Shown here: positions 16,569 through 26,147 of the stretch, piece after piece
Numbering within the stretch: the first letter of the stretch is position 1
How the letters are laid out: each line of letters opens with the position of its first letter
Virus record (IMG/VR): IMGVR_UViG_3300035168_000171
Coordinates: 1-62,152 of that record
Reading direction: 5' to 3' (one strand)
DNA length: 62,152 nucleotides
Source of the DNA: a virus
Lineage: Duplodnaviria > Caudoviricetes
Notes under the pieces: model-generated
Seen by the model: only the letters and a program-made list of their open reading frames with translations
Database searches by the model: none
What the model was told of the DNA's origin: nothing
Position numbers and translations under genes: made by a program

Positions 16569-17323
16569 AACGTTATGACGCAGGAATTGTGGCAGTGTTG
16601 TGCCTGATCATGGCGATCTTACTCGGCTTGGCCATGGGTAGTTGCATCGACATGCGTGATCCTGCAGGCCCGGAGTCTGCCCCCATTGCCACCTTACCGC
16701 CCCCTCCGTCCACCGTATGGCAAACCACTAATCTGCCACCCCCGATCACACAGGCTGCAACGACGACAGCGACAGCTGCCCGAGCTGAGGTGCAGATCCC
16801 CGTCTCCGAGCCGCCGCCAGCTCCGCCAATGTCACCGATGGACCGGGTGAACGCCATCGAATACTTCTGGGGGTATCCGATCCCCGGCATGGAGGCGTAC
16901 CGGATTGTCGCCGCCTCGCGTGGCTGGTCCGACGACGACATTGCCCGCTGGGACGACTTCTTCTTCCAGGTCATGTCGCGTGAGTCAGCGTTCTGTTGGA
17001 ACGCTCGAGCCTGGTCGCACGGAACGTGGATGGGGATGTCATGCACCCACGGCTTCGACCCGAACACCGGCCGCTACGCCCATCAAGGCAACCGCGACGA
17101 CGTCGGGTTCGGTCAGATCACCAACATCCTCCGTACTCCCGCGGGCGGACTGTGCCGCGACGAAGGCATCTGCTCGATCCAGCAGACCATCGCAACACCG
17201 TGGTCGTCGATGACAGCGTTCGTGAAGGTCGTCGAAGACGGTGGCAAGCAAGCCTGGTGCTACCAGGGCAGTACTCACCGTCCGAGAGGCTATTGTCAGA
17301 CGCAATATCCCGATGTTCCATGA
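16565..17323 (+). CDS. Membrane-anchored lytic transglycosylase-like protein
   Basis: N-terminal TM/signal, P/T-rich linker, VMSRES and DVGFGQI lysozyme-fold motifs. Confidence 0.65.
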   Translation: MKRYDAGIVAVLCLIMAILLGLAMGSCIDMRDPAGPESAPIATLPPPPSTVWQTTNLPPPITQAATTTATAARAEVQIPVSEPPPAPPMSPMDRVNAIEYFWGYPIPGMEAYRIVAASRGWSDDDIARWDDFFFQVMSRESAFCWNARAWSHGTWMGMSCTHGFDPNTGRYAHQGNRDDVGFGQITNILRTPAGGLCRDEGICSIQQTIATPWSSMTAFVKVVEDGGKQAWCYQGSTHRPRGYCQTQYPDVP

Positions 17324-17346
17324 TCAAACAACATGAAAGGCATCAC

Positions 17347-17979
17347 ATGAAACACAAGGCAGCGGGCGGAGTACTCCTCGGGGTGCTTGCCTCATTTACC
17401 GCATTTGACGCCGTCTCGGCGCATACGTTCAATCACACGCCGACCTGCGCCGGCCTGTCATGGAGCGCCACCCTCTACAATGCCCAGGAAACCAACACGA
17501 TCGTCGTCACCATCGACGGCGCGGTGGTGTACTCCGACGCCAACTTCGGCACCACCGACACCGGCTCGAGGAGCTGGAGCCAGACCGTCGACCACAGTTA
17601 CTCGATCGTCGTCAACGCTCCCGGCACCGCATACGACCACAACAAGTCAGGAGTGCAGAAGGCATGTCAACCGGAACAGACAACGACAACGACGACGGCG
17701 CCTACGACTACCACGACCATCCCGGCGACCACGACCACATCACCACCCACGACCACCACGCCGCCCACCACCACGACCGTAACGGATCAGTCATCTACCA
17801 CCACAACGAGTCCACCGACGACATTGAGCGTCGAGTCATCCACGACGACTCCGAATCCGACTGATCCGCCAACACCTCCGCGACTCCCGCCAACCGGCGC
17901 ATCAACATCGATCCTTCTGGCGGCACTGATCGCTATCACCCTCGGTACTGCAGCGGTCAGCGTCGCCCGTCGCAGGTAA
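17347..17979 (+). CDS. Secreted LPxTG sortase-anchored surface protein
   Basis: Signal peptide ending AVSA, beta-rich domain, Thr-rich stalk, LPPTG followed by TM and RRR tail. Confidence 0.8.
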   Translation: MKHKAAGGVLLGVLASFTAFDAVSAHTFNHTPTCAGLSWSATLYNAQETNTIVVTIDGAVVYSDANFGTTDTGSRSWSQTVDHSYSIVVNAPGTAYDHNKSGVQKACQPEQTTTTTTAPTTTTTIPATTTTSPPTTTTPPTTTTVTDQSSTTTTSPPTTLSVESSTTTPNPTDPPTPPRLPPTGASTSILLAALIAITLGTAAVSVARRR

Positions 17980-17990
17980 CGGCACACCCG

Positions 17991-18020
17991 GACCTGCCAG
18001 TGTGCCCCCACTGGCAGGTC
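17991..18020 (+). terminator. Terminator-like hairpin
   Basis: 12-bp stem GACCTGCCAGTG/CACTGGCAGGTC, just before P8. Confidence 0.65.
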
Positions 18021-18026
18021 CCGGGC

Positions 18027-18055
18027 TGGACAACTCACGAGAAATATGGTACAAT
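18027..18055 (+). promoter_or_regulatory. Promoter P8 (leaderless)
   Basis: TGGACA-N17-TACAAT-6nt-ATG (18062). Confidence 0.85.
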
Positions 18056-18061
18056 GTTCTT

Positions 18062-18307
18062 ATGACAACGACACAGACAGAATCCTTCAAGTTCCACCGA
18101 CTCGGCACCGCGTACAACGGCAGCCCCCTCTGGGATGTGTTCTCACCAGCCGGTGAGTTCATCGGATCCACAGCCAAGAGCAATGGCAAACGCGGCGCGA
18201 CATGGATCGTTCGCTTCCAACAGCATCCGTCACTGACTTGGATGTCCTGCGGCGGATTCCGCAGCCGTGAGGCCGCCGCTCAATTCCTCGCAAGGCAGGA
18301 ATCATGA
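18062..18307 (+). CDS. Hypothetical protein
   Basis: Leaderless MTTTQTE start. Confidence 0.7.
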   Translation: MTTTQTESFKFHRLGTAYNGSPLWDVFSPAGEFIGSTAKSNGKRGATWIVRFQQHPSLTWMSCGGFRSREAAAQFLARQES

Positions 18308-18549
18308 GGAAGTTCATCCGCGACGTCGTCCTTCGCTCTGCTGAGATCATCAAAGAGCGCGAGCGGAAGGCGCAGGCACCAGATGGTCCATTCGACCTCG
18401 GTCAGCCCAGCGCTTGCATGTTCTGCGAGGACCGCCCCCAGATCATCATCGTCCAGAACGGTCGGCAAGCTTTCCTTTGCCCTGAACACCTCGCCCCCTT
18501 CGTCATTGACTGGACGACCGCTCACGAGTTGACACTGGTCCGGCTATGA
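18304..18549 (+). CDS. Small CxxC protein
   Basis: CMFC...CPEH. Confidence 0.65.
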   Translation: MRKFIRDVVLRSAEIIKERERKAQAPDGPFDLGQPSACMFCEDRPQIIIVQNGRQAFLCPEHLAPFVIDWTTAHELTLVRL

Positions 18550-18914
18550 ACGTCGTTGATCGTCACGGCTGGTTGGTGCTCTCTTCTGCTTCAAGTCGGA
18601 AGGAACACGTCGACCTCATACCTCATGACCCGCAGGGGTGCCAGGGCTGTCGCTGGTTTGAGACCCGGCTCAGTCGCAGAGATGATGAGTACCGGGTTGA
18701 GATGATCGGCAGGTCGAGGGTGGAAGGCGAAGTGGATCGCATCCGCGTCGAGTACACCACCTCACCTGGGGCCATCATCGACTACCTCGCAATGGGCGAG
18801 CCCGGTAGGCGGTACATCCCGAAGGTCAGCCGGAAGGTACTCCATGAGGCCGGCGACATCGATGAGGACATCATTGACGCACTCGACGACTTTGACGCGG
18901 TGAATCAGCGATGA
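18546..18914 (+). CDS. Hypothetical protein
   Basis: CQGCRWFE; coupled ORF. Confidence 0.7.
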   Translation: MNVVDRHGWLVLSSASSRKEHVDLIPHDPQGCQGCRWFETRLSRRDDEYRVEMIGRSRVEGEVDRIRVEYTTSPGAIIDYLAMGEPGRRYIPKVSRKVLHEAGDIDEDIIDALDDFDAVNQR

Positions 18915-19516
18915 TCATCCTCCTCGAAGGTCCCGACGGGGCAGGCAAGAGCACCCTTCGCGACGAACTCGTCCGCGTGCACACAGAGGAAGGTCGCGGA
19001 GGCAGCGCCGTCTGGAACCGTGGACCCTTCACGGCAGCGCACGGCCCCTGGGAGGAGTACGTGCAGGACCTCCTTCAATTGACCCCAAACCCAGACTGGC
19101 TCGTCGTGATGGACCGCTGGCACCTCGGCGAGTTGGTGTACGGGCCGATCTTGAGGGGTGCAAGTCGTCTGAGCCTAGCACAGTGTCGCTGGATTGACTC
19201 TCTGCTCCGAGACAGGGGCGCATTGTATGTTCACGTCTATGCACCCAGCCCGACGCTCATGAAGCGTCTCGCGGAGCGCGGCGACGACCTCGTCGACCCG
19301 CACCTCCTGCCGAAGATCAACAATGCGTATTGCGGTCTGTTCCAGGAAGTGTTCTGGATGACCCCGGGTCCGAAGATGAAGACCATCAATACGGATCTCA
19401 ACCGGGTAAGCGCTATCGCGCCAGCCATCCTGGCGTCCGCTCGGATGGAAGCATCTGTCGCAGCGTACCGACCATCGACACCCACCTACGAGGAGATGAA
19501 CCCATGGCCTACATGA
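18911..19516 (+). CDS. dNMP (thymidylate-type) kinase
   Basis: IILLEGPDGAGKST; MDRWHLGELVYG; L.ERGDD. Confidence 0.88.
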   Translation: MIILLEGPDGAGKSTLRDELVRVHTEEGRGGSAVWNRGPFTAAHGPWEEYVQDLLQLTPNPDWLVVMDRWHLGELVYGPILRGASRLSLAQCRWIDSLLRDRGALYVHVYAPSPTLMKRLAERGDDLVDPHLLPKINNAYCGLFQEVFWMTPGPKMKTINTDLNRVSAIAPAILASARMEASVAAYRPSTPTYEEMNPWPT

Positions 19517-20364
19517 CGGACTACGGCGATGACTGGCGCAGCGGGTACATGTCCGTTGTCAGGCGTGTGGAACGATTCTATGACACGCTCACTGCGAGCC
19601 GAGCCGGCGACGTACGCGAGATCGATGACTTTGTCTTCACGCTCGCCCCGGGTGCGATCGATCTTCCACTCGGCGTCGGGCGCAAGATCAACACCAACCT
19701 CGCCGCAGCTGAGGCCCTTCAACTCTGCGCGGGTGTCGAACTGCCCCGTCTCACTGAGGCCGTCGCAGCACAGGTCGCCGGCTACGTCCGAGAGGATGAC
19801 GGTACCGTCCACGGGAATTACGGCGGGCGAGTCAGCCTTCAGATCGCGGACGTCGTCAACAAATTGGACGCCGACCCAACGAGTCGGCAGGCAGTGATTC
19901 AGATTTGGAACAAGAATCTGGATAGTGAGTACCGTCAACCGATGCCCAAGGACATCCCGTGCACGATCGCGCTTACATTCCGCGTCCGGGATGAGTTGCT
20001 CCTCCTCAGCGTCGTCATGCGATCGAGCGACGTCTGGCTCGGTATGCCATTCGACGTGTTCCAATTCCGTCAGCTCCAGCGAACCGTCGCTCACCTCCTC
20101 GGCTACGACATCGGCGAATACTGTCACCATTCAATCTCGATGCACCTCTACGAGAAGGACCTCGAGCGGGCCAGGTCACTCACCTTCGACGACGAGTGGA
20201 AACTCGCCGACCCGTTGCCCGAAGGGATCTTCGCGACTACCGCGCTTGCCCTCCCGTCGACTGCATTCAGCATCCTCAACGGCGTGAATCTCAAGTCGCG
20301 ATCACATCAGTGGTACCACACTCGATTGGGGGCGGCGTGGAAGCAGGTCGAGGCGATCTCATGA
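19504..20364 (+). CDS. Thymidylate synthase superfamily pyrimidine (hydroxy)methylase
   Basis: SRQAVI, catalytic DIPCT, MRSSDVWLGMPFD, SMHLYEKD. Confidence 0.9.
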   Translation: MAYMTDYGDDWRSGYMSVVRRVERFYDTLTASRAGDVREIDDFVFTLAPGAIDLPLGVGRKINTNLAAAEALQLCAGVELPRLTEAVAAQVAGYVREDDGTVHGNYGGRVSLQIADVVNKLDADPTSRQAVIQIWNKNLDSEYRQPMPKDIPCTIALTFRVRDELLLLSVVMRSSDVWLGMPFDVFQFRQLQRTVAHLLGYDIGEYCHHSISMHLYEKDLERARSLTFDDEWKLADPLPEGIFATTALALPSTAFSILNGVNLKSRSHQWYHTRLGAAWKQVEAIS

Positions 20365-20822
20365 CCCGCCCAACCTGGGATGAGGTCTGGCTCCAGGCCG
20401 CGGCCGTTGTCGCCGAGCGCAGCCTCTGCTCGCGGGCGCATGTCGGCGCTGTCATCACGGACTCACGCAATCGCATCATCAGTACGGGGTACAACAATCC
20501 GCCGGCCGGCTTCAATCACGGCAGTATGCCGTGCATCAATTGGTGCCCTCGAGCGAACAAGACGGACGACTTCCATCCTGAGTACGATGACTGCTACGCC
20601 CTTCACGCTGAAGCGAATGCGCTCATAGCAGCCGACCGCTCGACGTGGCAGGGCGGCACCATCTATGTCCTCGGCGACTGTTGTTTCAACTGTGCGAAAC
20701 TGATTGCGAACAGCGGACTTGCGCGAGTCGTCGTGAAGGTCGACCAGACCAGCGATCACCGGCAACCGGCGAAGACATATCGATTCCTGCGCGGACTCAA
20801 CATCGAAGTTGAGGTTGTATGA
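20361..20822 (+). CDS. dCMP deaminase
   Basis: RPTWDE, RSLCSR..VGA, HAEANA, CCFNCAK. Confidence 0.92.
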   Translation: MTRPTWDEVWLQAAAVVAERSLCSRAHVGAVITDSRNRIISTGYNNPPAGFNHGSMPCINWCPRANKTDDFHPEYDDCYALHAEANALIAADRSTWQGGTIYVLGDCCFNCAKLIANSGLARVVVKVDQTSDHRQPAKTYRFLRGLNIEVEVV

Positions 20823-22600
20823 GTTCACTCGCCAACGTCCAACTCCATCTCGTGGATGACCTCGCGACAGCGAATGAGATGATGCGTTGGTTGGGCGAGC
20901 GGCGCGATGGTGGAATTGCCGTCGACACTGAGACTGAGGGGTTGCGCATTGAGCACGACAAAGTCCGACTCGTGCAGATCGGTGATGAAGTGCACGGATG
21001 GGCGATCCCGTGGCAACGGTGGGGCGGTGTATTCCTGGAAGCGATGGACCGGTATGAGGGTCGCCTGATCTTCCACAACCTGAAGTTCGATGTCGGGATG
21101 ATCCGTGCAACCTGCGACTACCAAATGCCACAGGACCGCTGTGACGACACGATGCTGATGGCGCACGCCATCGAACCAAACATGTCCGGCGGCTTGAAAC
21201 AACTCGCCGGTCGGTATGTCGATCCCATGGCGCTCGCTCTTCAGGATCAGTGGAAGAGCAGTACGGGTTGGACGTGGGCGACAGTCCCAGTTGATTACGA
21301 GCCGTATTGGACGTACGCAGCGATGGACACCGTCCTCACTACTCGACTCGCCGCTGTGCTTGCGCCGAAGGTTCGTGAGATGGGCGCTCAGCGAGCATAC
21401 GAACTCGAATTGGCCGCAACCTGGGTCGTTGAGAAGATGGAGCGGAACGGCATCATGGTCGACCGGCCATTCGCCAGTGAGGCGCTCGTATCGTTCCGGT
21501 CATACGCCAAGTCTGTCAGTGATTGGTGCGCTGAACACTACGGCGTCCGGCCGAGTCAGAATGCATCGGTCGCGCAACGACTGATCGCCGACGGTATCCC
21601 GCTTGACAAGACAACCGGCACTGGTGCGGTCCAACTCGACAAGTTCGTGCTCGGTCCGATCGCACACCTACATCCACTCGCAAATGCGGTTCTTGAACAC
21701 CGTCGGTACTCCAAGCTTGCGTCGACGTACCTCCGACACTTTGTTGAAGAGACGTCAGATGAAGATCCGCGACTCCATCCAAGCATCAAGTCGTGTGGCG
21801 CTGTGACGACGCGCATGACGATGAGTGCGCCCAACCTCCAGAATCTGCCACGCTCGTCCGAGGACAATCCGGCTGCAATCACGGTTCGTAAGGCGCTGAT
21901 CGCGTCACCTGATCACACGCTGTTGATGGTCGACTACGACCAGGTCGAGTTGAGGTTCCTCGCTCACGTATCGCAGGACCCCGGGCTGATCGCGGCATTC
22001 ACCGACCCAGACGTCGATGTGTTCACGGCCATCATGCGTGAGTTGTGGGCCGAGCCGACGCTCCAGCGGAAGGACGAGCGCAGGCAGCATACAAAGAATG
22101 CCATGTACGCGATCGGGTATGGTGCCGGTGCCGCCAAGTTCGCGAAGACGGCCGGACTCCCACTCGAATACGGTCAAACGATGTACGCCATGATTGCAGA
22201 CCGGTACCCGATGATGAAGGGCCTCAACCGTGAGATTGAAACTCGGGCTATGCAACGCAAGTCAGCCGAAGGCATCGCCTACGCCCGCTCACCGCTCACT
22301 GGGCAGATACACCCAATGGACCACGACCGGGTGTACACGCTCGTCAACAAACTGGTGCAAGGTGCCGCAGCCGAATTGCTGAAGATGAAGTTGGTTGAAC
22401 TCGACCACGCCGGCTTCGGTCCGTACCTCGTCCTGCCAGTGCATGACGAGATCATCTTCGACATGCCGACGGACCAACTGCCTGAACTCACTCACACTGC
22501 TTGTGACATCATGGCCGACGACCGTCTCATCAATGTCCCCATCACTGTCGCGCCATCGATCGGTCAGTCGTGGGGATCCAAGGAGGATTATGTCCCGTGA
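20819..22600 (+). CDS. polA: DNA polymerase family A (3'-5' exonuclease + polymerase)
   Basis: AVDTET, FHNLKFD, PNLQNLP, DYDQVELR, motif B KNAMYAIGYG, VHDE. Confidence 0.95.
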   Translation: MSSLANVQLHLVDDLATANEMMRWLGERRDGGIAVDTETEGLRIEHDKVRLVQIGDEVHGWAIPWQRWGGVFLEAMDRYEGRLIFHNLKFDVGMIRATCDYQMPQDRCDDTMLMAHAIEPNMSGGLKQLAGRYVDPMALALQDQWKSSTGWTWATVPVDYEPYWTYAAMDTVLTTRLAAVLAPKVREMGAQRAYELELAATWVVEKMERNGIMVDRPFASEALVSFRSYAKSVSDWCAEHYGVRPSQNASVAQRLIADGIPLDKTTGTGAVQLDKFVLGPIAHLHPLANAVLEHRRYSKLASTYLRHFVEETSDEDPRLHPSIKSCGAVTTRMTMSAPNLQNLPRSSEDNPAAITVRKALIASPDHTLLMVDYDQVELRFLAHVSQDPGLIAAFTDPDVDVFTAIMRELWAEPTLQRKDERRQHTKNAMYAIGYGAGAAKFAKTAGLPLEYGQTMYAMIADRYPMMKGLNREIETRAMQRKSAEGIAYARSPLTGQIHPMDHDRVYTLVNKLVQGAAAELLKMKLVELDHAGFGPYLVLPVHDEIIFDMPTDQLPELTHTACDIMADDRLINVPITVAPSIGQSWGSKEDYVP

Positions 22601-22901
22601 TGAACCGCCGTCACATGGCACTCGTTCGAGGTACAACTGGCGATTTGGACCGTGCAATTGCGATGCGTGCACAGCCGCGAACACGGCAGATAAGCGAACT
22701 CGTCGCACTGCCATACGCGCCGGTACTTATGCACCGCGTCCGTATCGACAGCCCAAGCGTCGCATCAAACTCCCGGAGAAGTACATCCTTCTTCCGCCGC
22801 ACGGTACTTATGAGCGGTATCAGTCTCGTCTTTCTCCTTGTCATGATGCATGTTGTCGCGAAGCGAATGCGGCGCACGTGAGAGAGTGGAGAATGGAATG
22901 A
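22590..22901 (+). CDS. Small protein with two HGT...Y...CxCxxC repeats
   Basis: HGTRSRY..CNCDAC and HGTYERY..CHDACC; AGGAGG RBS. Confidence 0.7.
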   Translation: MSRDEPPSHGTRSRYNWRFGPCNCDACTAANTADKRTRRTAIRAGTYAPRPYRQPKRRIKLPEKYILLPPHGTYERYQSRLSPCHDACCREANAAHVREWRME

Positions 22902-23353
22902 CCCTCATCCTCGCTGTTGATCCTGGCAATATGACCGGTTGGGCGTGCATACAGACGACAGATCACTGGTACCCCCAGCATGTCATCGCGGGACAGAATG
23001 AGTCTGATGAATTCCTCGACTGGATCGCAGATGGGTGGAACCTCGACCAGGATCATCTCATGCTCGTTGAGACCTTCACCGTCACTGCCCAGACCGCTCG
23101 TCTCAGTCAGCAACCAGTACCGATGGAAGTCATCGGCGTCCTGAAGTTCCTCGCTCGCCGCTCCAGCGCTCAACTCCAGATGCAGACTCCAGCAGCTGCC
23201 AAACGATTCTGTTCCGACGCCCAACTGCGGAAGATCGGCCTCTGGCAACCCGGCAAGGACCACGCTCGCGACGCCATCCGGCACCTCATCTTGGGAATAG
23301 TTACCCACGGGACTGGACAAGCACGCGAAGAGTTGATACAATCTCTAATATGA
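22898..23353 (+). CDS. RuvC-like Holliday junction resolvase
   Basis: ILAVDPGNMTGWA, VETF, HARDA. Confidence 0.8.
   Translation: MTLILAVDPGNMTGWACIQTTDHWYPQHVIAGQNESDEFLDWIADGWNLDQDHLMLVETFTVTAQTARLSQQPVPMEVIGVLKFLARRSSAQLQMQTPAAAKRFCSDAQLRKIGLWQPGKDHARDAIRHLILGIVTHGTGQAREELIQSLI
23314..23342 (+). promoter_or_regulatory. Promoter P9
   Basis: TGGACA-N17-TACAAT-7nt-ATG (23350). Confidence 0.75.
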
Positions 23354-23375
23354 CGACGACACAGACAGGACGCTG

Positions 23376-25181
23376 ATGCCTCACGTCCACGTCAGACACG
23401 ACACCCCCGCCAAGCGATTGGACGTGTCGTGCGATTGGTCTGACAAAGAACTGATCAAGACGGTGCCTGGCGCCCGCTGGGATGCGAACCGGACGGTCTG
23501 GCACGTACCGATGACTTGGGCTGCTGCCGTGCAGCTCAGAGGTACGTTCGGTCACCGCCTCACGATGGATGACGTCGTAAGGGATTGGGCGCGCGTTCGC
23601 AGAGAAGAGGTCGAGACGGCGCGCAAGTGGCACGACGTCATCGATCCTGGCGTGGAGGTCGAAGGCCTCTACCCTTGGCAGGTCGCTGACTACTACTGGG
23701 CGAACGCCGCCGGCAGCGGGATGTTGCTCGGTAACGATCAGGGAACTGGCAAGACGATGGCCGTCGAGGTCGCTCTCCGCAGTATGGAAGGCGCCCTGCC
23801 CGCCCTCGTCATCTGCCCGAATAGCGTCAAGCGAGTCTGGGAAGCTGAAGCGGCTCGAGCGATGCCGGATGTCAACGTGTACGTCATCGGCGGGGGCGCT
23901 ACTGCTCGACAGAAGACGATCGCTGCCGGACTCGCCGATTCGCGTGGCGTACTCGTCATCAACTACGAATCACTGCGATCTCACTCTAGGCTTGCGCCTT
24001 ACGGCAGCATTCGGTTGAAGCGGTGCCAGGCTTGCGGCGGTGAAGACCCGAAGGTACGCCCCGCTCAGTGTCATAGTCACCACAAGGAACTGAACGGTAC
24101 GGGCGTCATCAAATCGGTCGCGATCGATGAAGCGCACCGTTTGAAGGATCCGAAGAGTCAGCAGACACGAGCCGTGTGGGCAGTCTGTCACGATCCCTCT
24201 GTGACACGTCGGATCGCCATGACCGGCACACCGATCGCGAATCACATCGGCGATCTCTGGTCGATCATGCACGCCGTCGCGCCAGACGAATACCCGACAC
24301 GTTCAGCCTTCCTCGACCGCTACGCACAGATGAGTTGGAACGCCTTCGGTGGACTCGATGTCGTCGGCCTTCGACAGGACCACGCTGCCGAGTTCTATTC
24401 CTTCTTCGACGCCCGGTACCGTCGCATCACCAAGGCGCAGGCTGCACCCTGGCTGCCAGATAAGTACCGCAGCGTCAGGTACGTGTCACTGCCGACAAAG
24501 ATGCTGAAGGCGTACCGGGAACTCGACGAGCAACTCATCACGCGGCTCGATGACGGAACGATCGTCTTCGCATCCAACAACCTCACGCAATCAACACGTC
24601 TCCTCCAGATGTCGTCTGCTTATGGGACAGTTGAGGCCGATGGACGGTACATCCTCACCGAGCCGAGTCCGAAATTGGACGTGATGGAGGAAATCCTTGC
24701 CGAGCGTGAGGGCCGTCCACTCGTTGTCGCGGCACTCAGTCGTCAACTCATCGATCTCGCCGCAAAGCGACTCGAGAAGAGTGGCGTATCGTTTGGCCTG
24801 ATCACGGGCGCCATCCACGAGAGTGACCGGAGACGGAACCTCGATGCCTTCCAAGCAGGCCGGCTCGCGGCGTTGCTGGTGACCATCGGAGCGGGCGGTG
24901 AAGGCCTCACGATGACAGCGGCTGACACCATTCTCTTTCTCCAACGGTCCTGGAGTCTCATCCAGAACTTGCAGATGGAGGACAGGGTGCACCGCATCGG
25001 CAGTGAGATTCATGATGCCATCCACGTCATCGACGTCATCACGGAAGGCACGATTGAGGAGGACCAAATCTTGAGAATACATGACAAGTTGACACGCCTG
25101 GAAGAGGTCCGCCGTGACGGGCTTGACTTCGCTGTCGCCGGGTCCGACGATCTACGAGTAACAGAGAAGAGTACATCATGA
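23376..25181 (+). CDS. SNF2-family DNA helicase
   Basis: DQGTGKT, IDEAHRLK, MTGTPIAN, GEGLTMTAA, QMEDRVHRIG. Confidence 0.93.
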   Translation: MPHVHVRHDTPAKRLDVSCDWSDKELIKTVPGARWDANRTVWHVPMTWAAAVQLRGTFGHRLTMDDVVRDWARVRREEVETARKWHDVIDPGVEVEGLYPWQVADYYWANAAGSGMLLGNDQGTGKTMAVEVALRSMEGALPALVICPNSVKRVWEAEAARAMPDVNVYVIGGGATARQKTIAAGLADSRGVLVINYESLRSHSRLAPYGSIRLKRCQACGGEDPKVRPAQCHSHHKELNGTGVIKSVAIDEAHRLKDPKSQQTRAVWAVCHDPSVTRRIAMTGTPIANHIGDLWSIMHAVAPDEYPTRSAFLDRYAQMSWNAFGGLDVVGLRQDHAAEFYSFFDARYRRITKAQAAPWLPDKYRSVRYVSLPTKMLKAYRELDEQLITRLDDGTIVFASNNLTQSTRLLQMSSAYGTVEADGRYILTEPSPKLDVMEEILAEREGRPLVVAALSRQLIDLAAKRLEKSGVSFGLITGAIHESDRRRNLDAFQAGRLAALLVTIGAGGEGLTMTAADTILFLQRSWSLIQNLQMEDRVHRIGSEIHDAIHVIDVITEGTIEEDQILRIHDKLTRLEEVRRDGLDFAVAGSDDLRVTEKSTS

Positions 25182-25444
25182 ATCACTCCACCACCATCCA
25201 ATGGACGCTCCGCCTCGCGGACGCCGCGCTCATTCATGACACCTTGCGCGACGCCGCCCGCCAGGCCGAGCAGAGCGCCGACTACTTGGAAGGCCCTCGC
25301 TACGCCGAACAAGAGCAGGCCAAACAAATGGCGAAGCCAAAAGAGGAACGGGGCGCACCGTGGACCCTGTCCACGCATGATCTCGAACGCATCGGTGAGA
25401 GCAGAGCCAAGGCCGCCAGACTCTATGACCTTGCCGAGGCGTGA
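25178..25444 (+). CDS. Hypothetical protein
   Basis: ATGA overlap. Confidence 0.65.
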   Translation: MNHSTTIQWTLRLADAALIHDTLRDAARQAEQSADYLEGPRYAEQEQAKQMAKPKEERGAPWTLSTHDLERIGESRAKAARLYDLAEA

Positions 25445-25596
25445 TGGCGAAGGCAGAGATCACCGTCACGGTGAAGGACTTCGACAAGGTCAAGGAGCTG
25501 TTCGAAGCGGCCTCGGCCGTGCTTCCGTACGTACCTCGAGGGCGACGACAGTCACGTCTCGCTCGCGCACTCACGGCCTTCTCGGAGGAGTCATGA
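25444..25596 (+). CDS. Small protein (50 aa)
   Basis: TGATG overlap; MAKAEITVTVKDF. Confidence 0.55.
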   Translation: MAKAEITVTVKDFDKVKELFEAASAVLPYVPRGRRQSRLARALTAFSEES

Positions 25597-26147
25597 TCGT
25601 CGCATTCGACTTCGACGGCACTGTCTGCGACAGCATGGGCGGATTGGAAGACCTCGCCGTGAGTGTCATCCGACGTCACTGGGACATCGCTGACGAAGAT
25701 GTGATCCGGGAACGGTACCGTGAGACGGCGGGCGACCCATTCGACGTACAGTTGCCGCGAATCATGAGTTCCAACGGCCGTGAGGTGAGTATTGCTGCCG
25801 CGGAATACGCCATCGAGAAGATCAACGTAACAATGCAATCAGCACCGAAGTGGAACGTGATCGACGTCATGAGTGACTTGGTCGTTACCGGTGCAGGGGT
25901 TCACGTTATCTCATCCACGACGGCGCCACTGATTCGTATGTGGCTGCGGAAGCACTTCGACAAACTTGAGTATCGCATTCACTGTCACGGCATCGACATG
26001 GGAACGAAAGTCGAGAACCTCACGAGGTGCCAGCCGGACTACTTTGTCGGTGACAGCGTTAGTGATTGCATTCGCGCCGCGCAAGTTGGAGTCAAATTCT
26101 TCCACGTTGACTCAATCGAGGACCTCCTCGCCGAGGTACTGAAGTGA
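25593..26147 (+). CDS. HAD-family phosphatase
   Basis: FDFDGTVCDS, ISS, K, FVGDSVSD. Confidence 0.88.
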   Translation: MIVAFDFDGTVCDSMGGLEDLAVSVIRRHWDIADEDVIRERYRETAGDPFDVQLPRIMSSNGREVSIAAAEYAIEKINVTMQSAPKWNVIDVMSDLVVTGAGVHVISSTTAPLIRMWLRKHFDKLEYRIHCHGIDMGTKVENLTRCQPDYFVGDSVSDCIRAAQVGVKFFHVDSIEDLLAEVLK

